Below, in pieces: positions 1-11,093 of a DNA stretch of 64,000 bases (position 1 is the stretch's first letter; every line of letters begins with the position of its first letter). The DNA is taken from assembly GCF_001194135.2 (NCBI RefSeq), contig NC_068995.1, positions 30,823,272 to 30,887,271 of the forward strand, in the 5' to 3' direction. The notes under the pieces are model-generated. The model saw only the letters and a list, made by a program, of their open reading frames with translations, searched no databases and was not told the origin of the DNA. The translations under genes and the position numbers were made by a program. The stretch is from Octopus bimaculoides. Taxonomy: Eukaryota.

Positions 1-317
1 TAGGCTGTAGCCAACACTGCCAGATATTTTGAGCATCTCTGCAGTGATTCCTGATGGGCCGGGGGCTTTCCCTGTCTTCATACTCTTAATTGCTTTATCT
101 ACCCTGGTACTGTCAACTCGGATAGCTGGTCACTCTGTTGGGTCGACATACGGCAGGCTCTCTTTCTCCCATTCATTCTCTTTATTAAGCAATCTATCGT
201 AGTGGCATCTCCAGACCTCTTTCTTTGCAGCCTCATTTAGTGCAAGCGTACCATCATCCATGCGAACACATTTCTCTCCTACAACATCACTATTCTCTCT
301 CCTACACTGTCTTGCAA
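1..317 (-). mobile_element. 5'-truncated RTE LINE fragment (same family as the element at 4579-9056), continuing off the window start
   Basis: Closely matches about 6779-7097. ORF 130..330 encodes VVGEKCVRMDDGTLALNEAAKKEVWRCHYDRLLNKENEWEKESLP. Ends at an (AC)n(AT)n microsatellite. Confidence 0.9.
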
Positions 318-330
318 CACACACACACAC

Positions 331-364
<34 letters not shown>

Positions 365-1309
365 GCATATATAGGTCTAGGATGTCATCAATAGTAAACA
401 ACATGAAATACAAAAGGAAATGAGTTAAATTCATGACTGTATAGTAATAGTGTTGTGGTTGATTTTTCTATTTTCTATTTGCTCTCTCATTTGAATGAAT
501 GGCAACACTATAGCATAGAGATGGCCCCTTAGTCTTGCTGAATACAGGATAACCTCTCTAGTGCTGGTGATATAATAGAATACACCCAATACATTCTCTA
601 ATGTTACCAGTGTTATGAAGGACATCTAGCTTTAGAAACCATGCTGGAAATAGAGTGTACAAACAAAATGCGACCCTGCAACCTCTTTAGAAGGGTAAAC
701 ATTCCAAATGAAAACTAATTTCAGCTGTGACAATTGGTCTGTTGCTATAACATGCTGGTTGTTTGCAATAGCTTGCTGATGAGTGAACATGTTTTTCTTG
801 GCTGTGGGAAAAAATAACTGAACAATGCCCTTGAACATTTAACAGGAGAATTTAACGCATAAGGACAGTCTATGTTGGCCATTTACAGTTAACAGCAGCT
901 ATAATAATAGCTTGGGAGAGAGATAATGCTCTGAAATTACAGAAAGCTATCAGTATGGCAACCTGCAGTCAGCCCAACATATCTGAAATCAAGTGTACTA
1001 TCTTTGTGGCAATGGAGGTCCTTTGTCTTAGGCAGTATGCATTGGCCATCTACCTGGTAAGAATGGAGGCACATATTGCTCAGCAGCTTACTACATTCTG
1101 CAATTAATTACTGTCAAAAGTGGCCTTCTATATGGTACAAGAAAATTCTAGAAGATTAAAATCATACCACGGGTTGACAGGTGAAATTATTGTGGTTCGC
1201 TCATGGTGTCTGACCAATTGTCTAGTAGTTGGGGCCTCAAATCACCACTATAGATCCAACCCAAGCTAGTATGGAAAATAGATATAAAATTGTTGATGAC
1301 GATATTATT

Positions 1310-1647
1310 ATTATTATTATCTCCGCCGTAGAGAAGGCAGAGGTATTGTTTTCAATCGTGTTTGTTTGTTTGTCTGTGGACAAGATATCTCAAGAGCTGC
1401 TGGCTGGATTCAGAAGAAACTTTCAGGGATATTTGGCCTCATGACTGGCACAAATTGATTAGATTTTGGGATTAATCTGGTAATGGACAAAGATTCTGGA
1501 TAATTTTTCCTGTTTTTTTAATTAATTTTTTAGAGTGGTTGGGTCCATTTTTAGCATTCTCATTTGTGAGGGCAGTCAAGTTTATTTCAGATATTCTCAT
1601 TTTAAAAATCCTCTCTGGCTAATCATTGAGAGGACGTTGGTATTGTC
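1310..1647 (+). mobile_element. Helentron-associated (HINE/DINE-1-like) non-autonomous element
   Basis: Starts attattatCTCCGCC...GGCAGAGG (short inverted repeat), then a (GTTT)n/GTCT microsatellite, then 'gatatctcaagag...ggattcagaagaaactttcagg'. A TCCTCTC/GAGAGGA hairpin lies near 1608-1633. Layout matches HINE-type elements; family assigned from memory. Confidence 0.5.
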
Positions 1648-3812
1648 TTATTATTATTTTGGTTTGGCTCAGGTTTGGTCTTATTACTGGTAGGATGTAT
1701 GTGGGTAGTGGGTTACTAACCTGTAACCTTAGGTATCCATAAGTTTTCAGCTATCTTTCAAGTACTTAGAACCCTCCTGATATCCTTGCTGTCCCTTAGA
1801 GACAAACTTTTTGTAGGAGCTCTACTGGGCATTCTATTCCAATCTCCTTCAACCATTTGTCTATATCTTTGCTTACTGTTCCCAATGCACCAATTATTAT
1901 AGGCATGACCTTTAGTATTCTCATGCTCTAAATTCTTCCTATTTAAATTTGAAAGGATTGTATTTTTTTTGTTTTTGATCCTCTTTCTTTGTGATCCTGG
2001 AATCAAATGGGTATGGTGAGTCAATCAGTAAGCAACTTTGCTTTTCCTTATCTATAATTGTTCTGGTCTATCATTTTCTAATTTCTTGTCTGCATGAATA
2101 GGAAAGTCCCACAAAATCTTACATTGCTCCAGTACTCTTTTGATTCGGTGATTGTGTCATGTGTTTCCAGCTTCAAATCTCCATTTCTGGCACAGCAGCA
2201 TAAAACTTTTACAACCGGGTTGTGCCTCCATTTCTTATATTCTTCCTGTACCAACTTGGGGTATTCTGTCACAATGTGTACCACTGTCTTGTTCTAAGTT
2301 CCACAAGCTCTAGATTTTTCTGACACGTTCTCTCCATGTATATTTTTTCTCAAGTTGTTTGTTTTTATCACCTGATCTTGGGCCACTACAATTAGGATCT
2401 CTGTTTCTTTTTTTAATTGCTCTTTTTTAACCAAGCCCAGGATTTTGTTTCACATGCATCTTCGGTGGCTCTCCAAAATTGGCCATGAAGGAGTTTCTCG
2501 TCAATCCGTCTGATGTATTCTCTTGGCATTTCATTCTTGTCCTTCCTTTTCCCCTATTACACGCTTGATCACCTGTTCCTTATTCACTGTCTTTAGTAGT
2601 TTTTTCTGTGCTGCTCTGTAAATATTCAATGAGACTTTTTCTTTCCATCTGTACACATTTTTCTACTACTATTAAGCCTCTTCCACTCTGGTCTCTCCTC
2701 AAGCACAGCCAGTTGATATCAGCTTTTAGATGGTGGGCTCCATACATTGTCAACAACTTTCTAGTTTTCTGTCAAGTATCTTTATATCGTTTTTGGTCCA
2801 ATCTATAATTTCAACTCCATATCTAATCAAGGGTACTGCACTTGAATTTATTGCTTCAACAAGAATTTTTTGACTTCAACTTTGACTGCAATAATTTTCT
2901 TACTGTCCTTATGTACTCCCTACTGGTCATTTGTTTCATGTCTTCATTTTCATCTGCTTTCAGTATTCCCAAGTACTTACACCACTGTCCTTTCTCTATT
3001 GCTCTCATTGTTTGCCTATTTGGCATTCAATTCCCTGACTTCTTTCAAATCTTCCTCATTTCATTTTCAATATAGCGCACTTTTCTATCCCAAATTCCAT
3101 ACCTCCATCATTTGAGAAAATGCAGATGGTATGTACAAGACTTTTAAACTGTTTCTCATTTTTTGCATTAGCCTTTATATTATCCATGAAAAGATGATTT
3201 ATCTGACTATTTCCCTTCTCCCAAATCATAAGCAATTTTAACTTTTCAGTGAGTGCTGTTATGGCTAATATGACTAGTAATGGAGATAAGCTAACACCTT
3301 GGAATATTCTATGTCTGATGTTCATTTTTCCAAGTTTTTGTTTTCCTACAATCAATTCAATATTCCAATGTTTTATACCATCATTAAACATTTTCTGCAT
3401 GTTTTTTATTATTCCAAATATGCTCTTTGTTTTACTTATCCAACTGTGTGGTACCATATCGTATGCTTTTTTGTAATCTAGCCATGCTACATTCAGTGCT
3501 GTCAATCTGCGTCTACAATTTCCAATTATCATTTTATCAACTAATAAGTTATCTTTTGTTGCCCTATTTTGTTTTCTGCATCCTTTCTGTTCTTCTGGAA
3601 GTAGATTGTTACTTTCCAGATGGTTGTATAACTCTTCTGCCAATACACCAGTCATAAGCTTCCACGTAAGTGGTAAACAGATTATAGGTTAAAAATTTGA
3701 TACCAAGTTCCCTTTCAAGGGATCCTTGAGGCATAGCAGCATTTGTTCACTTGTCATCCAGGCAGGGACATGATGTTGCTGCAGGGAGTCATCCAATTGC
3801 ACAGCGAGCCTT
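1648..3812 (-). mobile_element. Degenerate R4/Dong-clade non-LTR retrotransposon (RT plus C-terminal restriction-like endonuclease region), 5'-truncated
   Basis: ORF 3056..3655 has [22 protein letters not shown]...[17 protein letters not shown] and [11 protein letters not shown]. Upstream reads [28 protein letters not shown]. Broken C-terminal frames 1758-2284 contain RHNPVVKVL and IIIGALGTVSK-like motifs. The 3' end abuts (TAA)n near 1648-1658. Confidence 0.8.
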
Positions 3813-4237
3813 TCAGAAAGAGAAAGGAATATTGTTTACATTTTTTATTTGCCTGACAAATGGTTAGTAAAATAGCAATAATAGTAGTGACAGGTTTGCC
3901 TGCTGGTTGGTAGTTGATAGTGTGGAAGTTGCTGTCTGCTAGTAGAGAGAAGAAGAGTAAGGAATGCATGGTGCAGACAAGATAGGAAAAAAGGGCAATG
4001 GTGGCATTGTCTTTCTCTATTTTGGCCGAAATCTTCCCTTTGTATGTCACGTGAAGGACGAAAAGGAAGTGTTGCTCTTGTCATGGTTGCCACAAATGAA
4101 GGTGAGAAAGGAAATGGTGTCTGTTATATAGACTATGACCAGGAATGTTGGTCGAATCCTAAACAAAGGACTGACATTTCTTTGACTGGCACAAGTCAAG
4201 TGTTTCCCATTAATCATCTGGTGTGGAGATGTAAATA

Positions 4238-4455
4238 AAGGAATCCCTTGACTATCACAGATGTTACGTACCAAAACCCTCTGCAATAGGTGAAAATCTG
4301 CAAAGTAGAAACAGTACTGTACTGCATATTTGTATTATTTTTATAATTTGTATATATCTATTTTATCAAATGAAAAACAACACCACGGAGGAATTGATGT
4401 AAGCTTAAATAATAAGCCACAATAGGTGAATTACAATATGGCAAGGGATTTACTG
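4238..4455. mobile_element. Tigger/pogo-derived MITE
   Basis: Imperfect TIRs: ta|aaggaatcccttgact at the left, atggcaagggatttactg|ta at the right, both flanked by TA. Confidence 0.6.
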
Positions 4456-4578
4456 TATATATATTCATCAGAAATCTTTGTCGCACGCACATGCAAAATT
4501 ATGGCTCAACTCCAATTGAAATTATGATTGACTTTTTCGTTTTGCAATTTGTGATGAGCTTATTTAAAAAACTTATCT

Positions 4579-7500
4579 TACATCATCATCATCATTTAAC
4601 GTCCGCTTTCCATGCTAGCATGGGTTGGATGATTTGACTGAGGACTGGTGAACCAGATGGCTACACCAGGCTCCAATCTGATTTGGTGGAGTTTCTACAG
4701 CTGGATGCCCTTCCTAACGCCAACCACTTCGAGAGTATAGTGGGTGCTTTTACGTGCCACTGGCACGAAGGCCAGTCAGGTGGTACTGGCAACGGCCATG
4801 CTCAAAATGGTGTATTTTACGTGCCACTTGCACAGGAGCCAATCCAGCGGCACTGGCAATGACCTCGCTCGAATGTCTTTTCACATGCCACCAGCACAAA
4901 TGTCAGGAAGGAACGCTGGTAACGCTCATGCTCAAATGGTGCTATTTACATGCCACTGGCACAGAAGCCAGACAGCTGCTCTGGCAACGATCACGCTCAG
5001 ACGGTGCTCTTAGCACTGCACTGGTACAGGTGCTATCATGATTTCGCTTTCACTTGCCCCAACAGGTCTTCGCAAGCTGAGTTTAGTGTCCAATGGAGGA
5101 GACGTTGGCATGGGCGCCAGTCGCTGAATTTAGTTCGATTTCAATTTCACTTGCCTCGACAGGTCTTCGCAAGCAGAATTTAGTGTCCAATGAAGGAAAG
5201 GTACGCATAAGTGGGCTGGCTATACCGCTGGCAGAGGCCTTGGATTATGGTCTCACTTGGCTTGCTGGATCTTCTCATGCACAGCATATTTCCAGAGGTC
5301 TAGGTCACTGGTCATTGCCTCGGTGAGGTCTAAAGTTCAAAGGTCGTGCTTCATCACCTTATCCCAGGTCTTCCTGAGTCTACCTCTTCCACAGGTTCCT
5401 TCAACTGCTAGGGTGTGGCACTTTTTCACACAGCTATCCTCATCCATTCTCGCTACATGACCATACCAGCGCAATCTTCTCTCTTGCACACCACAACTGA
5501 TGCTTCTTAGGTTCAACTTTTCTCTCAAGTTACTTACACTCTGTCGAGTATGCACACTGACATTACACATCTATTGGAGCATACTGGCTTCATTCCTTGT
5601 GAGCTTACACATGTCCTCAGCAGTCATGGCCTATGTTTCATTGCCATGTAGCATCGCTGTTCATACACATGCGTCATAGAGTCTGCCTTTTACTCTGAGT
5701 GAGAGGCCCTTTCTCACCAGCAGAGGTAAGAGCTCTCTGAACTTTGCCCAGGCTATTCTTATTCTAGCAGCTACACTTTCAGCGCACCCTACCCCACGAA
5801 TAACTTGGTCACCTAGATAGCGAAAGCTATCAACTACGTCAAGTTTTTCTCCCTGGAATGTGGCAGAAGTTGTTTTCTGCACATTTTCAGTGTTTATTGC
5901 TCCTGAACATCTGCCACATACAAAAACTAACTTCCTAGTTAACCTTCCTTTGATATTGCTGCACCTCTTATGTGTCCATAGCTTACACTGGGTACATCTT
6001 ATAGAGTTTCTACCTATGCCTTTTCTACAGATCGAGTACGGCCATCTATCTGAAGGGGTTTGTGTTTTGTCTACCTTCCTACTTATTAGGATTTTGGTTT
6101 TAGCTAGGTTGACTTTAAGGCCTTTCTATTCTAGTCCTTGCTTCCAAACCTGAAACTTCTCTAGTTCTGATAGTGACTCAGCAATTAGAGCAAGGTCATT
6201 AGCATAGAGGAGCTCCCAGTCTTGAATTCCTGTGTTATTGCCTGGAGGACTATAATAAATAGGAGGGAGCTGAGGACTGAACCTTGGTGGACCCCTACCT
6301 CTACCCGGAATGCTTCACTGTACTTGTTACCAACCCTCACCTTACTGACAGTGTCTCTGTACATGGCTCGCACAGTTCTCACTAACCATTCTTCTATCCC
6401 CAGTTTCCTCATTGACCACCAGATACGGGATTGGGGGACCCTGTCAAAGGTTTTCTCCATGTCAACGAAAGCCAGGTACAGAGGTTTATCTTTGGCTAGG
6501 TATTTCTCCTGCAGCTGTCTTACCAGAAATATAGCATCAGTGGTGCTTTTACCTGGTACGAACCCAAACTGCATCTCCTCTAAACTGACTCTCTCCCTAA
6601 TTAGCTGGGCTATGACCCTCTCCGTGACTTTCATTACCTGATCTAACAACTTGATACCTCTGTAATTATTTGTGTCTAAAGCATCACCTTTACCTTTGTA
6701 GCAGTTGACTATGGTGCTGCTACACCAGTCATTGGGTATGACTCCATCGTGTATCACCTGATTAACAATACGGGTGACTAGGCTATAGCCAACACTGCCA
6801 GATATTTTGAGCATCTCTGCAGTGATTCCTGATGGGCCGAAGGCTTTCCCTGTCTTCATACTCTTAATTGCTTTATCTACCATGGTACTGTCAACTCGGA
6901 TAGCTGGTCCTTCTGTTGGGTCGACATACGGCAGAATCTCTTTCTCTCATTCATTCTCTTTATTGAACAACCTTTTGTAGTATCATCTCCAAACCTCTTT
7001 CTTTGCAGCTTCGTTTAGTGCAAGCGTACCATCATCCATGCAAACACATTTCTCTCCCACGACATCACGATTCTCTCTCACACACTGTCTTGCAACACGA
7101 AATACCTCAAGTCTTTGGTCCTCACGACGCAGAACATTGGCAAACTTTTTGTTATCTGCTTCCCCTCTGGCTAAATAAACCTGTCGCCTAGCTTCCCTTC
7201 TGGCAGTCTGATACAATTACCTTCCAGTCCTTCCAAGCCTGTTTGTTTTGTCTAATAGCCTTGTCAACAACATTGTTCCACCACCATGTTATTTTGGGTT
7301 GAGAGGGGACTTTGCACCATCCACAGATCTGGTCAGTGGCCCTCAGCAAGTTATCCTGTAGAAACTTCCAGTTGTCTTCTACATCGTGTGAAGCTATATC
7401 CCCTTCTATTTCATCAAAGGCTTCAAGTAATATGTCTCTAAATCTCTGTCCATTCGCAGGATCTTTGAGCTTCCAGACCCTTCTCCTCCATGCTGGTCGT

Positions 7501-9056
7501 CTTCTAGGCAACCACTTAGCCTTGATCCTGAAGTCACTAACTACTAGTCTATGTTGTGGGGTACAATCTTCGTCTGGGAAGGTTTTGGCATTTATAAGCA
7601 GCCATCTTTCCCTTTTCCTGGTGAGGATGTAGTCAATTTGGCTAGTGTATCTGCCAGAATGGTAGGTGACTAGGTGACTGGCAGGTTTCCTGAAGTTAGT
7701 ATTGCAAACTATAAGGTCATTTGCATCACAGAACTCCAGCAGCCTGGTTCCCTCCTCATTGCTGGAACCAAAACCATAGCCTCCATGTATGCCATGGAAG
7801 CCCCCTGAATGTTGTCCAACATGTCCATTGACGTCACCAGTTACAAAGAGAAGGTCCCTGTCATTCGTCGATGAGGTAGTCTGCAAGAGGGTGTCATAAA
7901 ATCGGTCTTTCTGTCCATTGGGTAACCTGGGCAGAGGGGCATAGGCCGAGATAATGGTTGCTAGCCCATGGTGAAGGACTAATCTAATCTTAAGTATTCT
8001 ATTGTATACTATGGCTACCTCGATTACCTTATCCACCCATTTCTCCGCAAGAAATATACCCACACCTCCGACCTTGTCTGTGTTCCCTGCCCAGAAAATC
8101 TTGTACTTGTGTTCTTTGCCTGTGAGGAACCTAGCAGAACCTCCTCTCCACCTTACTTCTTGGAGGCAGCAGATATCGACACATCTCCGTTCAAGCATCT
8201 CAACAATCTCACAAGATGTACCTTTCAGTGTGCTGACGTTGAGAGTGCCAACCCGGAGGGTGTGAGAGGTATGGGCCTGTGAGACCCTGGGGCGGGGAAC
8301 AGCAGCGTCACGTACCTGAAAAGAAAGCTCGCATTTTGCAGAATTCATAAACAATCAGTAGCCTTCATTTCAACCTGCATCCACTACACTATCATATTTT
8401 GCACTTTATGATCACTACCTTGCGGAGGAGGAGATAAACCCTAAGTAGGGGTGGGGAGTGGCGTAAAGCCTTTAGAAGTGTTCATGGGAGACAGCCAGGA
8501 ACTTCCGGTACTGGTGGAGAGGATAGGAACTTCCGGTACTAGTGGAGGGGTGGGAGGTGGAAGGGCGGGTGCACCACTGGCATGGTGCTGTAAAGGTACT
8601 AAGGTCGAGTGGGGGAATCGGGGTGTGTGCGCTAGTTTATAGTCCTGGCGAAGCAAGAGGTAATCGAAAGAGGGAGGAGAGAGAGAGAGTGAGATCAAGA
8701 GAGACAGAGTGAAGCGGTTAGGGTTAGTGGCCAGAACACGAGGGTGAGAGAGAGAGAGAGATTTTTTGGGGGTTCTGTCGCATAGTTTAAAGAGACAGTA
8801 AATATTGAATGATAATAATATAGAACTGAAAATAAGAGTTTTCGGTCAGCTAATCTAAGACAGAATTATAGAGATAAGCGACTGTGTGATAAAAATTAAA
8901 ATTGAATAACTGAACGAATTTGAAAACATGGTAATGGATAAGTCAAAAATGAATTTGACGACATGGTAATGAAACAGACAGAATAGTGAAAGCACTAAGT
9001 AAGGGATTATGAATCAGCGCATAAATAGAAAGGTATGAGCGAGGTTGGAAAGACAG
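4579..9056 (-). mobile_element. Near-full-length RTE-clade LINE (APE endonuclease, RT, PHD-like finger); ORF broken by frameshifts and stops
   Basis: ORF 7188..8354 is an APE endonuclease (GTLNV, CCLQEVRW, GDVNGHVG, SQIDYILTR, QHRLVV). ORF 6185..6883 is RT (NYRGIKLL, QFGFVPGKSTTDAIF, FVDMEKTFDRV, GVHQGSVLS). C-terminal pieces lie at 5337-5882. A long 3' UTR ends in a (GAT)n tail at about 4581-4595. An 11-bp direct repeat AAAACTTATCT at 4568-4578 and 9057-9067 is a candidate TSD; the 5' boundary is less certain than the rest. Confidence 0.9.
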
Positions 9057-9332
9057 AAAACTTATCTGGTCATGATTCTGGGTTCGTATTTATTCGGCAG
9101 AGGTTCTAGGAACGATTGGCGAAATCGGGGTGCGTGCGCTATAAAATAAAATAGATAATTAAAATATCCCCAAATTACAGGATTTTACTAAAGTTAAAAT
9201 TAATTTTTCTCAGAAATCATATAAAATAAAAAAAAAACCCTCAGAATTTGAAGATCTTAGCTGTAGATTACATCTTTTATCTAATATATGAGATTTGTCA
9301 ACTGAAAACGTTTTTTTTTTTTGTGTAACAAT

Positions 9333-10063
9333 NNNNNNNNNNNNNNNNNNNNNNNNNNNNNNNNNNNNNNNNNNNNNNNNNNNNNNNNNNNNNNNNNNNN
9401 NNNNNNNNNNNNNNNNNNNNNNNNNNNNNNNNNNNNNNNNNNNNNNNNNNNNNNNNNNNNNNNNNNNNNNNNNNNNNNNNNNNNNNNNNNNNNNNNNNNN
9501 NNNNNNNNNNNNNNNNNNNNNNNNNNNNNNNNNNNNNNNNNNNNNNNNNNNNNNNNNNNNNNNNNNNNNNNNNNNNNNNNNNNNNNNNNNNNNNNNNNNN
9601 NNNNNNNNNNNNNNNNNNNNNNNNNNNNNNNNNNNNNNNNNNNNNNNNNNNNNNNNNNNNNNNNNNNNNNNNNNNNNNNNNNNNNNNNNNNNNNNNNNNN
9701 NNNNNNNNNNNNNNNNNNNNNNNNNNNNNNNNNNNNNNNNNNNNNNNNNNNNNNNNNNNNNNNNNNNNNNNNNNNNNNNNNNNNNNNNNNNNNNNNNNNN
9801 NNNNNNNNNNNNNNNNNNNNNNNNNNNNNNNNNNNNNNNNNNNNNNNNNNNNNNNNNNNNNNNNNNNNNNNNNNNNNNNNNNNNNNNNNNNNNNNNNNNN
9901 NNNNNNNNNNNNNNNNNNNNNNNNNNNNNNNNNNNNNNNNNNNNNNNNNNNNNNNNNNNNNNNNNNNNNNNNNNNNNNNNNNNNNNNNNNNNNNNNNNNN
10001 NNNNNNNNNNNNNNNNNNNNNNNNNNNNNNNNNNNNNNNNNNNNNNNNNNNNNNNNNNNNNNN
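9333..10063. other. Assembly gap (others: 11575-12050, 30339-30503, 34204-34760, 38112-38914, 42234-42333, 48558-48656, 62369-62934)
   Basis: Runs of N, several bordered by (TA)n or inverted repeats. Confidence 0.99.
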
Positions 10064-10199
10064 GCCTTGTGATATTTAGCAACGGATTTTTATGTTCTCA
10101 TTCTAAATAACGTTGGGACAAATTTTGCCTTTCGTGATCAATAAATTAAAGTCGATTTATTATTCTAACACAGTATTCACTGACAAAACTGTTCTTAAA

Positions 10200-10290
10200 T
10201 TCCTGACATCCGGTTAATGACAGTGGCGCACATGCGCAGAAGCATGATTATCCGGTGACCATTTTGTTGCAGTGACTTGGTTTTTTATTC
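10200..10290 (+). promoter_or_regulatory. Probable CSTF3 promoter core (CpG-retaining; NRF1-like GCGCACATGCGCA, CCGG motifs)
   Basis: Local CpG cluster 'gacatccgg...tggcgcacatgcgcagaag...tatccggtgaccattttg' about 700 bp upstream of the start codon, in otherwise CpG-poor DNA. The TSS is not determinable from sequence. Confidence 0.45.
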
Positions 10291-10931
10291 ATCAAATATA
10301 TTTTCCACTCACTAACAACGGCAGACAAAGATTTTACTTCTAGAATCTGTAGTAAGGCTTAACCCAAGAAAAAACAAACGAAACGCACACCACATTTTTT
10401 TCTTCTTTATTCTTTCAATTTCTCTTCTTTTCCCCTAAACAACCCATCATGATCTGTAAGTAAAAACCTAATTACTTCCATGGAGCGAAAACAAAGACAT
10501 TAATTTTTCTCCTTCTCTCTCTCTCTCTCTCTTTTGTTTTTGGGGGGTTGTTTTATGTTTCTGTATCTGCTCACTTTTAATCACATTTCATGAATCTCTC
10601 TTTCTCCCTCTGATATATCAACATATGTGAAATACACAGAATTCAAATTTTAATTTCTTTTGTTTCTCCTTCCCCGTTTTTCTTTTTAAGTTAATGTCTC
10701 TCTTTTTTTGTCTCCTAGATAAATTGTGTTTAAGTATTTTGCCAATCTCTTAGAATCTAATTTCAAGCTCTACATTCAAATACACAACGTTAAACATACA
10801 CAACACTAAAATATATATTTCTATCTAAAATAGTCTTTTTCTACCTAAACACCCACTCCCTACACTTTGAAACAAAGTCGTAGCGATCGATTATTGAACT
10901 CGAAACCAGAATATATTCAACAATAAACAAG

Positions 10932-11093
10932 ATGATGGCTACCAACACATGCACCCTGGTATCTGCTTTGTCCAGTACTCCTGTTTCACCAACACTACCA
11001 CTATCGTCATCAATAACATCGGCATCATCATCGTCAGCCGCTCTGGCTGCAACAACAACCAGTTTAACAGCCACAGCGGCATTACCCCCGGAG
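10932..11093 (+). CDS. CSTF3: CSTF3 (CstF-77) coding exon 1: 54-aa Ser/Thr/Ala-rich N-terminus
   Basis: aacaagATGATGGCT start, 162 nt, ends GAG|GTAAGT (consensus donor, phase 0), and joins in frame to exon 2. Assigned by position, phase and splice signal, not by homology. Confidence 0.7.

Noticed and set aside
4700-5200. Repeat units with palindromic cores resembling a CRISPR array
   Set aside because: Eukaryotic context, units are degenerate tandem repeats without unique spacers, and the region is the 3' UTR of an RTE LINE repeated at about 15800-16350.
8435-8730. TTAGGG/CCCTAA hexamers
   Set aside because: Only one or two isolated copies; not an interstitial telomeric array.
8420-9056. 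HDV-like ribozyme expected in some RTE 5' UTRs
   Set aside because: I could not identify the nested double pseudoknot by eye; an Infernal or descriptor search is needed, so it is not claimed.
9210-10110. Long ORFs spanning N-gaps (also 11492-12178, 34137-34854, 37996-39034, 62094-63030)
   Set aside because: Artefacts of translating N runs.
10841-11074. Antisense ORF MAVKLVVVAARAADDDD...
   Set aside because: Shadow of the low-complexity CSTF3 exon 1; no independent support.
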